DNA from: an uncultured Chloroflexia bacterium
Lineage (GTDB): Bacteria > Chloroflexota > Limnocylindria > Limnocylindrales > CSP1-4
Length of the DNA: 64,000 nucleotides
NCBI GenBank assembly: GCA_963776925.1
Contig: CAVZON010000007.1
Span: 141,158 to 205,157 of the forward strand
Direction of reading: 5' to 3'
Positions 44,692 to 53,497 of this stretch are shown here, piece after piece. Below the pieces are notes generated by a model. That model was not told the DNA's origin and did no database searches. It worked only from the letters and a program-made list of their open reading frames with translations. The translations under genes and the position numbers were made by a program. Within the stretch, counting starts at the first letter, position 1, and every line of letters starts with the position of its first letter.

Positions 44692-45745
44692 GACGGAAGT
44701 GTCGCACCGATGGCGGCCCGACCGGATCGCCGCGACCGCGCGACGCCGTACGGCCGTTGACCAGCCCGGTCGTGTCGACGACCTCGAGGTTCCGGCCGGT
44801 GATGACGTCGAGCTCGTGCATGACGTCGTCGTCGAAGCGCGGGTCGCTCGTGCCGCTGATGTACCAGGGCGAGCCGTTGTCGGCGAGGATCATCCCGTAG
44901 CGCTTGAGCGCCTCGGCGATGGCCCGGGCGTGGGGCGAGAAGCGCGACGTGTCATACGACGCCTTGAGCCGGACGCGCAGCCCCATCGGCGGGAGCGACG
45001 TCGAGGTCGAGTCGCTGGCGTGGTGGCGGGCCGGATAGATGTAGGCCTTGCGGGTGCGGTTGGTCGTGAACCGCAGCGCGTGGCGGATCGCCCCGGCGGC
45101 GACCTCGTCGTAGCGGACGAGACCGGGCAGGATCGGCAGGCCGGCCGCATCGGCGCTCGTCCAGCCGGCCGGCCGGAGGGCGTTGGAGCGCAGGTCCCAG
45201 GTCGCGCCGCTCCCGGCGTACCAGCGGCCGCCCGACTTCGATGCCGCGAACAGCTCGAACAGCCGGCACGCGTCCTTGTCGACCATGAGGATGTGCCGGT
45301 CGGAGCCGCCCTCGATCTTCGGGGTCGCCGGGATCGGATAGCCGACCTGGTCGGACTCGTTGGCGTACTGGAAGGTGACCGTCGAGCGAGGCGTCGCCGC
45401 GGTGACGACCTGCCACGGGATGCCGTAGCCGGCGTACGAGCCGAAGTCCATGTGCAGCCCGCGGTCGAGGCCGATCGAGCTGATCATCGTGGCCGAGTTC
45501 GCCGCGACCTTGCGGCCGTCGATGCGGACGTTCCAGACGTTGTCGATGGGGAAGATCGGGCACGACGTCGCGCCCGGCACGGTCGGCGGCTTGACCTCGC
45601 CAACGCGCGTCATCCGCGTTCGCTCGCCGCTGGTGCTGGGGGTGGCTGCCGACGCCGACCCGGCCGATGTCGCCCCGAGCGCCATGACGACGATCAGGGT
45701 GAGCGGCCACGGACGGAAGGGACGACGGCGCAGGGGCGTCGGCAT
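44692..45745 (-). CDS. secreted conserved hypothetical protein; 3' end not definable
   Basis: Signal peptide WPLTLIVVMALGATSAGSASA. Well-behaved mature sequence (CPIFPIDNVWNVRIDG, GYGIPWQVV, HILMVDKDACRLFELF, ADAAGLPILPGLVRYDEV, HALRFTTNRTRKAYIYPARH, YGMILADNGSPWYISG). No stop codon occurs in any minus frame before the globin ATG, so the stop was probably lost to an indel. Confidence 0.6.
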
Positions 45746-45843
45746 GCGCGAACGGTGCCCGCGGCCCGATCCGGACGCGACGGCACGGAGGTCCCGTCGC
45801 CGATGCACCGAGGTCAGGTGCAAGCAAGCACCGGGTCGCACCG

Positions 45844-47067
45844 TCAGTCCGGGAACGCCTCCGGGCCGCGCTCGCTGAGCTCGCGAGCCTCGCCGGCGGC
45901 GTCCTCGGGCGGCAGCCAGCTGTACGGGTAGCGCGGATCGTCGAGGTCCATCGCCGCCTGGGTGACGTGGAGCGGGTGGAACGTGTCGACCATGACCGCC
46001 AGCTCCTCGGTCGCCTCCTTGCCGATCGACGCCTCCGCCGTCCCGGGATGCGGCCCATGGGCGATGCCGGCCGGATGGAGCGTGAACGACGCGATGTCCA
46101 CGCCGCGCCGGCTCATGAAGTTGCCCGCGACGTAGTAGATGACCTCATCCGAGTTGATGTTCGAGTGGTTGTACGGCGCCGGGATGGCGAGCGGGTGGTA
46201 GTCGAACTTGCGCGGCACGAACGAGCACACGACGAAGTTCCGCGCCTGGAACGTCTGGTGGACCGGCGGCGGCTGGTGGACCCGCCCGGTGATCGGCTGG
46301 AAGTCGGCGATGTCGAAGCGGAACGGCCACAGGTAGCCATCCCAGCCGACGAGGTCGAACGGATGGTGGCGGTAGTGGTAGGCCGTGATCCGGTCGGTCG
46401 AGCGGACGTGGATGACGAAGTCGCCGGTCTCGTCGCGGGGCTCGACGTCGTCCGGCGCGTGCAGGTCGCGCTGCGAGTACGGCGCGTGCTCGAGGAGCTG
46501 GCCGTAGTCGTTGCGATAGCGCTTCGGCGGCTCGATCTCCGACGGCGCCTCGAGGTACAGCAGGCGCTGCTCCGAGCCCGCGTCCGGGTCCAGCCGCCAG
46601 GTCGTGCCGATGGGCAGGACGAGGTAGTCGCCGGGCCCGTAGCGCATCGGTCCGAAGATCGTGTCGCACACGCCGGTGCCCTCGTGGACGAACAGCATCT
46701 CGTCGGCCACGCCATTGCGGTAGAACGTGCCCTCCGGCATCGGGCCGGCCGGGCGGACGATGCCGAAGACGACGTCGTGGTTGAAGTACAGCGGGATGCG
46801 GCCGGTGACGACGTCGCCGGCGATCGGCACGTCGCCGGTCTTGGTCAATCGATGGCGATGCAGATCGTCATCGGCCGCCTCGAGCCGGATGCGCGTGACC
46901 GGCTCGATCCGGTGCGTCCGCGTCGGTGGCGTCAGGTGGTAGAGCAGCGACGAGCGGCCGGTGAACCCCTCGACGCCGAACAGCTCCTCCGCGTACAGGC
47001 TGCCATCCGCGGCGCGGTGCTGGGTGTGGCGCTGGCGGGGGATGCTGCCGTGGGCGACGTAGTACAT
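45844..47067 (-). CDS. hmgA: homogentisate 1,2-dioxygenase
   Basis: Intact, 407 aa. LYAEELFGVEGFTGRSSLLYH, FYRNGVADEMLFVHEGTG, FDYHPLAIPAPYNHSNINSDEVIYYV, FTLHPAGIAHGPHPG. Confidence 0.9.
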   Translation of the reverse strand: MYYVAHGSIPRQRHTQHRAADGSLYAEELFGVEGFTGRSSLLYHLTPPTRTHRIEPVTRIRLEAADDDLHRHRLTKTGDVPIAGDVVTGRIPLYFNHDVVFGIVRPAGPMPEGTFYRNGVADEMLFVHEGTGVCDTIFGPMRYGPGDYLVLPIGTTWRLDPDAGSEQRLLYLEAPSEIEPPKRYRNDYGQLLEHAPYSQRDLHAPDDVEPRDETGDFVIHVRSTDRITAYHYRHHPFDLVGWDGYLWPFRFDIADFQPITGRVHQPPPVHQTFQARNFVVCSFVPRKFDYHPLAIPAPYNHSNINSDEVIYYVAGNFMSRRGVDIASFTLHPAGIAHGPHPGTAEASIGKEATEELAVMVDTFHPLHVTQAAMDLDDPRYPYSWLPPEDAAGEARELSERGPEAFPD

Positions 47068-47071
47068 CGAC

Positions 47072-47105
47072 GACTGGCCTCCTCGACGGTGCGTGGAGGC
47101 CAGTC
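47072..47105 (-). promoter_or_regulatory. perfect 11-bp stem-loop whose 3' arm contains the hmgA Shine-Dalgarno (also possible terminator of the upstream sigma operon)
   Basis: Minus strand reads GACTGGCCTCC-acgcaccgtcga-GGAGGCCAGTC-gtcg-ATG(hmgA). Confidence 0.55.
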
Positions 47106-47137
47106 TAGGTCGGTCCGGCGGTCGCCGATGGCGCCGG

Positions 47138-48346
47138 TCAGGGGGTCGGAAGCGTGTCGAGGAAGTGGATGGAGTCGATGACGGCCTCCTCGTCGGCAGC
47201 GGTCACACCCTCGCCCGCGTACCACAGGACGTAGGCATCACCGTCGAGCTCGACGATCCAGAACGAGCGCGGGTCACCCAGCGCCATCGTGTACTCGCCG
47301 TCTTCCGAGGCGACGGGCGGATGGAACGCCATGATCTCGCCGGCCGGGCAGTCGACCCCGGCGTCCGACTCGATCGTCAGGTGGACCGCGGGTCGGCCAT
47401 CGACCGAGTCGTCCGTTGACGTCACGCTGAGGCCCGGCAGGTCGGCAAGGTACTCGGTGATGGCGACCGCGGAAGGCTCGATCGGCACGGGCTGCCGACT
47501 CGTGGCGCATGGCGCGTCGAAGCCCATCGGGTTGCGCACGATGGTGAGCTCGACCGAACCGTCGAAGGTGTGGATGACCGGGCCGTCGGTCGCTCCGCTC
47601 ATCGCCCACCGCATGGTCGGTAGGGTCGCCTGGATCCACGGGTCGAACGGGATGACGCCTGGGCCACCGTCGTTGACCGCACTCAGCGAGTGCACCCACG
47701 TCCGACCGAAGGTGGCGGCACGGGCTTCGCAGGCATCCTCGATGACCGTGAGGGTGAGGAACGTCCCGTCCGTCGACCGCTCCCAGTGATAGTCGGCCTG
47801 TCGTCGCCGATCTCGCATCCACCCAGCCGATGGGTGCTGACGAACGAGAGCCCGTCTGCGGCGGCGGCCACGGACGTGCTCCGGAGCGCGAAATCGCCGC
47901 CCCGAGGCGTCTGGATCCAGGCGGTCTTGCCGGCGTCCCAGTCGATCGACAGCTGGAGGGTGTCGCCATCGGCGCTGACGCCGGAGATGGCATCGGCTTT
48001 GGTCTGCCAGTCGCCGAGGACGGCGTCCGGCATCCGGACCGGGACGATCGCTGCCGGCGACGGCGGCGACGACGGGCTCGGCGATGGGCGAGGGTGCGGG
48101 GCCGGGCCCCGGACCGCCGGTCGTCAGCAGGCCGACGCCGGCGATCGCCAGCACGGCCGCGCCGACGAGCAGCGCGAGTCGAAGTGGGGTGGTCATGCGA
48201 GGGATCCTCCACGGGAACCAGTCCCGTTCTTGGGAAGTCGACTGGATGCGGAGGAGGGCAGCCTCGACCGCCGCCTCCGGTGCCTGGGTCGGTCCGACCT
48301 CGATGAACGAGCGAGCGGCGCGTTCGAGCGAGCGATCGTCGGTCAT
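47138..48346 (-). CDS. single-pass membrane protein partnered with ECF sigma (candidate anti-sigma/sensor), cassette 1; about 2 frame breaks
   Basis: ATGA overlap with the sigma stop. Cytoplasmic N-terminus: MTDDRSLERAARSFIEVGPTQAPEAAVEAALLRI. TM: LRLALLVGAAVLAIAGVGLL. Extracytoplasmic domain ends ...GDPRSFWIVELDGDAYVLWYAGEG...IDSIHFLD. Confidence 0.65.
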   Translation of the reverse strand: MTDDRSLERAARSFIEVGPTQAPEAAVEAALLRIQSTSQERDWFPWRIPRMTTPLRLALLVGAAVLAIAGVGLLTTGGPGPGPAPSPIAEPVVAAVAGSDRPGPDAGRRPRRLADQSRCHLRRQRRWRHPPAVDRLGRRQDRLDPDASGRRFRAPEHVRGRRRRRALVRQHPSAGWMRDRRRQADYHWERSTDGTFLTLTVIEDACEARAATFGRTWVHSLSAVNDGGPGVIPFDPWIQATLPTMRWAMSGATDGPVIHTFDGSVELTIVRNPMGFDAPCATSRQPVPIEPSAVAITEYLADLPGLSVTSTDDSVDGRPAVHLTIESDAGVDCPAGEIMAFHPPVASEDGEYTMALGDPRSFWIVELDGDAYVLWYAGEGVTAADEEAVIDSIHFLDTLPTP

Positions 48347-48900
48347 GCCGAGCGTCCTTCCTGGGCGTAGGCCCCCCCGTCGGGACCGGTCATGAGGACC
48401 TCCCGGAGGGCGGCGATGGCGTAGTGGAGCCGCGATCGGGCGGTCCCGGCCGGGATGCCGAGCAACTCGGCGACCTCGACCAGGGGCAGCCCGACGTAGT
48501 GGTGCAACACGAAGACCGCGCGCTGCTCGACCGACAGCCGGCGGAAGGCCCGCTCCAGCTCGTCGCGATCGGCCAGGACGGCGCTGCCGTCCGGGGTCGA
48601 CGGGCCGTCGAGCGACAGGCTGCGGACCTGGGCGGTCCACGGTCGCGCCCGGCGGGACTCGTCGTAGCAGGCGTGGACGAGGATGCGATGGATCCAGGCC
48701 TCGAAGCGCTCGGGCTCCCGCAACCGCGGCAGCTGGCGCCAGGCCAGGACGAGGGCGTTCTGCAGCGCGTCCTCGGCCAGTCCCGGGTCGCGCAGGATCC
48801 GCTGTGCGACCGCGTAGAGCGGTCCACTGACCTGGTGCACCAGGACGGTGAACGCCTCACGATCGCCGTGACGGGCCTGCTCGACGAGGAACGGGTCCAC
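48343..48900 (-). CDS. ECF-type sigma-70 family RNA polymerase sigma factor (cassette 1)
   Basis: Intact, 185 aa. Region 2: GDREAFTVLVHQVSGPLYAVAQRILRDPGLAEDALQNALVLAWRQL. Region 4: LSVEQRAVFVLHHYVGLPLVEVAELLGIPAGTARSRLHYA. Confidence 0.9.
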   Translation of the reverse strand: MDPFLVEQARHGDREAFTVLVHQVSGPLYAVAQRILRDPGLAEDALQNALVLAWRQLPRLREPERFEAWIHRILVHACYDESRRARPWTAQVRSLSLDGPSTPDGSAVLADRDELERAFRRLSVEQRAVFVLHHYVGLPLVEVAELLGIPAGTARSRLHYAIAALREVLMTGPDGGAYAQEGRSA

Positions 48901-49026
48901 ATCGACCCCTCGATCACCGCGACCTCGATGGCCGCGGACTACCCACTATGACTAGGTGGACCGGGCAGAACGTTCACACGGGACGGGCGTCACGGGACCG
49001 CCACGAAGGGCGCGTAGGATGCGGCC

Positions 49027-49848
49027 ATGACGGACCACCACGGCCACACCGGCGACGAGGCCGAGCTTCGGGCGGTCCTGACCGGTGAGCACCCCGGGAT
49101 GGCCACGATGCGTCAACGGATGCGGCACGTCCCGAGCACGCCCCGCTGCAAGATGTGTTGGGCGCCGTTCGGTGGCGTCGGCGGTGGCGTCCTGCGGCAC
49201 TTCGGGTTCAGCAGGTACTCGGGCAACCCGTCGATCTGCAACTTCTGCATCCGCCAGTTCCACGACAACGGCGTCACCGGCGCCGAGATCCCGGTGACGC
49301 TGCTGTTCGCCGATATCCGCGGCTCGACCGGCATCGGCGAGCGCGTGTCGCCGACGGCCTTCCACGACTTCCTGCGGCGCTTCTACGCCCTCGCCCTGGA
49401 CGCCGTGATGGCCAACGAGGGCCTGGTCGACAAGTTCGTCGGCGACGAGGTCGTGGCCCTGTTCTTCGGCGGGGTCACGGGTCCAGGGCATGCCGCCGCC
49501 GGCATCGCAGCCGCCGAGCGCCTCGTCGAGCGCTGCGGCCGGGCGGATGCGACACCGATGGGCCCGATCCCTGTCGGCGCGGGCGTCCACACCGGCGAGG
49601 CGTACGTCGGCACGAGCGGCCCGGTCGGTCAGGCGGTCGACGACTTCACGGCGCTCGGCGATCCGGTGAACGCCGCGGCGCGGCTGGCCTCGAGCGCGGC
49701 CGCCGGGGAGATCCTCGTCAGCGTCGACGCGCTCAAGGCCGCCGGTCGGGATGCGACATCCGGCGACCGACGGACGGTCGAGATCCGCGGCCGGCAGGGA
49801 TCGCTCGACGTGGTCGTCCTTCGCCCGGGAGCCGCGGTCCCGGCCTAG
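49027..49848 (+). CDS. class III adenylate/guanylate cyclase with N-terminal 4-Cys (zinc-ribbon-like) segment
   Basis: Intact, 273 aa. CKMCWAPF...CNFCIRQF, then VTLLFADIRGSTGIGERV, GLVDKFVGDEVVALFFG, VGAGVHTGEAYVG, FTALGDPVNAAARLAS. Confidence 0.85.
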   Translation: MTDHHGHTGDEAELRAVLTGEHPGMATMRQRMRHVPSTPRCKMCWAPFGGVGGGVLRHFGFSRYSGNPSICNFCIRQFHDNGVTGAEIPVTLLFADIRGSTGIGERVSPTAFHDFLRRFYALALDAVMANEGLVDKFVGDEVVALFFGGVTGPGHAAAGIAAAERLVERCGRADATPMGPIPVGAGVHTGEAYVGTSGPVGQAVDDFTALGDPVNAAARLASSAAAGEILVSVDALKAAGRDATSGDRRTVEIRGRQGSLDVVVLRPGAAVPA

Positions 49849-50360
49849 CCTTCCGGGTCGATGGCGCGCCGACGCTCGAGCAGCACGACATCGCGCCAGC
49901 GTCCGGTCACATCCTGTCCGAGTCGCTCCTGGACGCCGACCCGCCGGAACCCCACGTGCTCGTGGAGCGCGAGGCTCGCCGTGTTGTCCGCGAGGACGCC
50001 GGCCAGCAGTGTCCACACGCCGGCCGCATCGGCCGTGGCGATCAACTGCTCGAGGAGCGCTCGACCGATGCCCTGCCCCCTGGCGGTCTCCGCCACGTAG
50101 ACGCTCTCCCAGGCGACACCGGTGTAGACGCGCCGCGAGGAGTACGACGAGAGCGCCACCCAGCCGACGACCTCGCCGTCACTCGACCGGGCGACGATCC
50201 GCCCTTCCGCTCGGTGAGACCGATCGAAGTGGTCCCAGTCCGGCGCCTGTCGCTCCAGCGTGGCCAGCCCGGTGGCGATGCCCTCGGCGTAGATGCGCCG
50301 AACGGTCGGCCAGTCGCCGGGCGTCATGGGCTCGAGGCGGATCCCGGCGGGCAGGGGCAT
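49845..50360 (-). CDS. GNAT N-acetyltransferase (phosphinothricin-acetyltransferase-like)
   Basis: IRLEPMTPGDWPTVRRIYAEGIATGLATLE, ESVYVAETARGQGIGRALLEQL, GVLADNTASLALHEHVGFR. The stop overlaps the cyclase stop in a CTAG. Confidence 0.8.
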   Translation of the reverse strand: MPLPAGIRLEPMTPGDWPTVRRIYAEGIATGLATLERQAPDWDHFDRSHRAEGRIVARSSDGEVVGWVALSSYSSRRVYTGVAWESVYVAETARGQGIGRALLEQLIATADAAGVWTLLAGVLADNTASLALHEHVGFRRVGVQERLGQDVTGRWRDVVLLERRRAIDPEG

Positions 50361-50484
50361 GCGCGAATCCTCACATACCGAGCAGATGTGCGACATCCGT
50401 CATGGTCGGACATCGTCATCTGACGATGGCTCGCGCGGCGTGGCTCGCCCTACCGTCCTTCTTGGTCACACGCTCGCTGCCTCC

Positions 50485-50518
50485 ACGAAGCCGGCTCACT
50501 GGGGAGAGCCGGCTTCGT
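50485..50518 (-). terminator. perfect 13-bp stem-loop overlapping the FAH stop codon
   Basis: ACGAAGCCGGCTC-(8 nt)-GAGCCGGCTTCGT. No U-tract on the minus strand. Confidence 0.5.
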
Positions 50519-51518
50519 CATTTCTGGCGCCGACGCGGTCCTCAGGCCGGGCCACGATCGGGTGGCGCAGGACGCCGAGCCGCTCCACCTCCAGCTCGAC
50601 GACATCGCCGGGTTCCAGGTACCGCCCGATCGTCGTCTCGCGCACCTCGAGCAGGCAGCCGCCGCCGACGGTGCCCGAGCCGAGCAGGTCGCCGGGTCGC
50701 AGGTGGACATCGGCACTCGCCCGGGCGGCCAGGTCGGCCAGGCCGTGGACCGCGTCGCTCCAGCGACCCCGTGACGTCTCGATGCCGTTGACCCGGGCGA
50801 CCATCGCCAGGTCGAACCCGCGTTCGGCGCGCGCGTCCGCGAGCTCGTCCGGCGTCACCAGCCACGGCCCGAAGGACGACGCGAAGTCCTTGCCCTTGGC
50901 CGGCCCCAGGCGAACGGACGTCTCATCGCGCTGGAGATCGCGGGCCGACCAGTCGCCGAAGATCATGTACCCGCCGAACGCCTCTTCGGCACGGTCCGGG
51001 TCCAGGTCGATCGCCGGGGTGTCGACGAGGGCCGCTACCTCCAGCTCGTAGTCGAGCTCCTGGCTGCCGCGCGGCGCCCAGATCGGGTCCTCAGGACCAC
51101 GGATCTCGGATGGATTGGAGAAGTAGAAGATCGGCAGGCGGAACCACGCCTCGGGGATGTCCGCGCCGCGACGTGCCCACATCGTCCCGACGTGGCCCTG
51201 GAAGCCATACCCGTCGCGGATCGATGGCGGTCGGAGGACCGGTGGGCCGAAGCGCAGGGTGGACCCGTCGAGGACCGCCTCGTCGTCCTCGTCGCGAGGC
51301 TCGAACCCGTCGACGAGGTCGGCCAGGGCCGCGACCCGGAGTCCGGCCGCGAGGTGATCGTCGAGCGTGGTCAGGGGACGGCGATGGAGGACGGAGTCGT
51401 GCTCCAGGCTCGGCGTCGCCCGCACCTGTCGGCGCCGGACCCGGTCCAGGTCGAGCCAGCGCCGAGCGTCGGGATCCAGGGCCGCGGCGAGCCGCCATGG
51501 CGCTGCCCGCCGGGGCAT
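50496..51518 (-). CDS. fumarylacetoacetate hydrolase (FAH) family protein; candidate fumarylacetoacetase
   Basis: SIRDGYGFQGHV, WFRLPIFYFSNPSEIRGPEDPI, LDYELEVAALV, IFGDWSARDLQRDE, LGPAKGKDFASSFGPWLVTPDEL, PGDLLGSGTVGGGCLLE. A possible extension to ATG 51552 needs a frame change. Confidence 0.8.
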   Translation of the reverse strand: MPRRAAPWRLAAALDPDARRWLDLDRVRRRQVRATPSLEHDSVLHRRPLTTLDDHLAAGLRVAALADLVDGFEPRDEDDEAVLDGSTLRFGPPVLRPPSIRDGYGFQGHVGTMWARRGADIPEAWFRLPIFYFSNPSEIRGPEDPIWAPRGSQELDYELEVAALVDTPAIDLDPDRAEEAFGGYMIFGDWSARDLQRDETSVRLGPAKGKDFASSFGPWLVTPDELADARAERGFDLAMVARVNGIETSRGRWSDAVHGLADLAARASADVHLRPGDLLGSGTVGGGCLLEVRETTIGRYLEPGDVVELEVERLGVLRHPIVARPEDRVGARNDEAGSPQ

Positions 51519-51548
51519 GACGTTCGCGGATGTGCGCCAGGCGCACGG

Positions 51549-52319
51549 TCAACCGGGCCCGTAGGTCAGCACCTGGGGACCGGTCAGGACGAGCTGGCCG
51601 TTGGGCATGATCTCCCAGCGGCCGACCGCGTCCAGCGCGGGCAGGTACACCGACTCGATGCCGGAGCCGGGCCCCTCACAGGCCATCTCCGTCGCGGACA
51701 GCGGCCCGATGGCGATCGTGCCGCCATCCGTCGAGTACGGGCCGCCGTAGGAGTTGCAGCCGCCGAACCCGCTGACCGTGCCGTCGGCGGCGAACGCCAG
51801 GGTGGGCACGACCTGCGCGTCGACGCTCGAACCGTCCAGGTCGACGAGCAACCACGATGAGGCGCCAAGCTCGGCCGGCTCGCCGCTGCCCATCGGCGCG
51901 GCGGCATCCGCCGGCGTGGCCAGGATGTCGCCATGGCCACGCAGCTCGAGCTCGTTCGTCTCGGTCAATCGCCACTCGGTCGCCCCGGACAATGCCGCCC
52001 CGAAGGCCTGCGCCTGGGCCGTGCGCGGTGGGTCGCAGCCCATCAGCGTCGTCCCGAGCTGGCTGACCTCGATCGACGACCCATCCGTCCGGAACGTGCC
52101 GGTGTACTGGTTGCACCCGTCGCTGCCGCTCACCGCGCCCTCCGGGGCGAACGACATCGTCGGCCGTGCCTCGTCGAGGGTCGCCGTCCCGGCGATCGAC
52201 CCGACGACCCAGGACGTGTTCGCCAGCCCGCCGTTCGCGTTGTCCGACCCGGGTGCGCAGGCCGCTGCGAGGGCGATCGCGCAGAGCGCGGTGACCGTGA
52301 CGGCGAGCCGGGTCCTCAC
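51549..52319 (-). CDS. lipoprotein with two META (HslJ-like) domains
   Basis: Lipobox ALCAIALAAAC. Two repeats: SGSDGCNQYTGTF and SGFGGCNSYGGPY. Intact. The GTG start overlaps the upstream stop (GTGA). Confidence 0.8.
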   Translation of the reverse strand: MRTRLAVTVTALCAIALAAACAPGSDNANGGLANTSWVVGSIAGTATLDEARPTMSFAPEGAVSGSDGCNQYTGTFRTDGSSIEVSQLGTTLMGCDPPRTAQAQAFGAALSGATEWRLTETNELELRGHGDILATPADAAAPMGSGEPAELGASSWLLVDLDGSSVDAQVVPTLAFAADGTVSGFGGCNSYGGPYSTDGGTIAIGPLSATEMACEGPGSGIESVYLPALDAVGRWEIMPNGQLVLTGPQVLTYGPG

Positions 52320-52804
52320 CCGGGCTTGAGCACCATCAGCCAGAGCAGGATGACGAGGCCGAGGCCGCCGGTGACGAGCAGGGCCTCCGGGCGTCGGGTG
52401 TCGAGCAGCGCAGCGAGCTCTTCCGGGCTGGCCGTCGGCTCACCACCCGGCTCGCCGCGCACCGGTGCACCGACGGCCTGGCGCACGCGGATGTAGTACG
52501 GCGTGGCCATGCCGTACATCGCGCCGATGACCAGGACGAACACGACCGCGGAGGCGATGATCCACGGCTCGAACCACAGGTTCGCGCCGGCCGCCGCGCC
52601 GAGCCCACCGATGATCAGGAGGAGCATCCCGAGGTACATCGGTCCGATGGCCATCGAGCTCGCCTCCATCGCCGCCGCGATCGCGCGAGGCTCGCGCTGG
52701 CTGCGGATGCGGAAGGCGACGAACATCGACACCCCGTGGCAGGCCACGAACAGGACCAAGCCGATCAGGTGGAGCAGGACGAACCACGGAAAGAGTTCTG
52801 TCAC
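52316..52804 (-). CDS. integral membrane protein (about 4 TM), hypothetical
   Basis: FPWFVLLHLIGLVLFVACHGVSMFVAF, GPMYLGMLLLIIGGLGAAAG, WIIASAVVFVLVIGAMYG, LVTGGLGLVILLWLMVL. GTG 52804 is chosen as the start. Confidence 0.6.
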   Translation of the reverse strand: MTELFPWFVLLHLIGLVLFVACHGVSMFVAFRIRSQREPRAIAAAMEASSMAIGPMYLGMLLLIIGGLGAAAGANLWFEPWIIASAVVFVLVIGAMYGMATPYYIRVRQAVGAPVRGEPGGEPTASPEELAALLDTRRPEALLVTGGLGLVILLWLMVLKPG

Positions 52805-52930
52805 GGTCGAGCCTCCGAGCGAACGACGTGCGACAGAGGATAGCGGCCGCTCGGATCCGGGAATGATTTCCAACGCATCGGCGGTCCATCATCTACCTGT
52901 AGACCATGGACGACGTCCCGATGGAGCGTC

Positions 52931-53497
52931 ATGAGGGCGGCGACGGTGGATCGCGACCTGATCGAGGCGGCGCAGCGAGGGCGACCAGTCGGCATTCGTC
53001 GATCTGGTCCGTTCGCGTGGCGACCGATTTTTCGGGATCGCCCATCGCATCCTCCGGGACGTCGATCGGGCTGAGGATGCCCTGCAGGACGCGCTGGTGA
53101 TCGCCTGGCGGGACCTGCCGAGCCTCCGCGATCCGGACCGGTTCGATGGCTGGATCCACCGGGTCCTCACGAACATCTGCATCGCCCAGGCGACGCGAGA
53201 GCGTCGCCGCACGGTGAACCTGCGCGTCCTGCCGCTCGAGGGGCCGGTCGCGCCGGACGAGCTGCTCACGTGGCGGACCGCGATCAATTCGAACGCGGGT
53301 TCCGACGGCTGTCGCCCGAGGAGCGCGCCATCCTCGTCCTGCATCACTTCGTGGGCTACACCCCGTCCGAGATCGCCGAGCTGCTCGGCTTCCCGGCGGG
53401 ACCGTTCGCTCGCGCCTCCATCACGCCCATCGCGCCATGCGGGCTGCGCTCGATGCTGAGGCGCGCGCAGTCGCCGTCGGAGGATACGCCGTCATGA
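52931..53497 (+). CDS. ECF-type sigma factor (cassette 2); about 3 frame breaks
   Basis: MRAATVDRDLIEAAQRG, then DQSAFVDLVRSRGDRFFGIAHRILRDVDRAEDALQDALVIAWRDLPSLRDPDRFDGWIHRVL, then FRRLSPEERAILVLHHFVGYTPSEIAELLGFPAG. TGA 53495-53497 overlaps the next ATG. Confidence 0.8.

Noticed and set aside
44692-44780. A possible fusion of the secreted protein (45745-) with the downstream globin, because no stop codon separates them in any frame
   Set aside because: The globin has its own ATG. Fusing an exported protein to a cytoplasmic haem globin makes no biological sense. In this indel-prone, stop-poor sequence a lost stop is the simpler explanation.
49027-49848. The stand-alone cyclase as a Pycsar/CBASS-like anti-phage signalling gene
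   Set aside because: No adjacent effector carries a cNMP-binding domain fused to TM/TIR/nuclease modules. The neighbours are an ECF sigma cassette and a GNAT. The context is metabolic, and no other defence or mobile genes are nearby.
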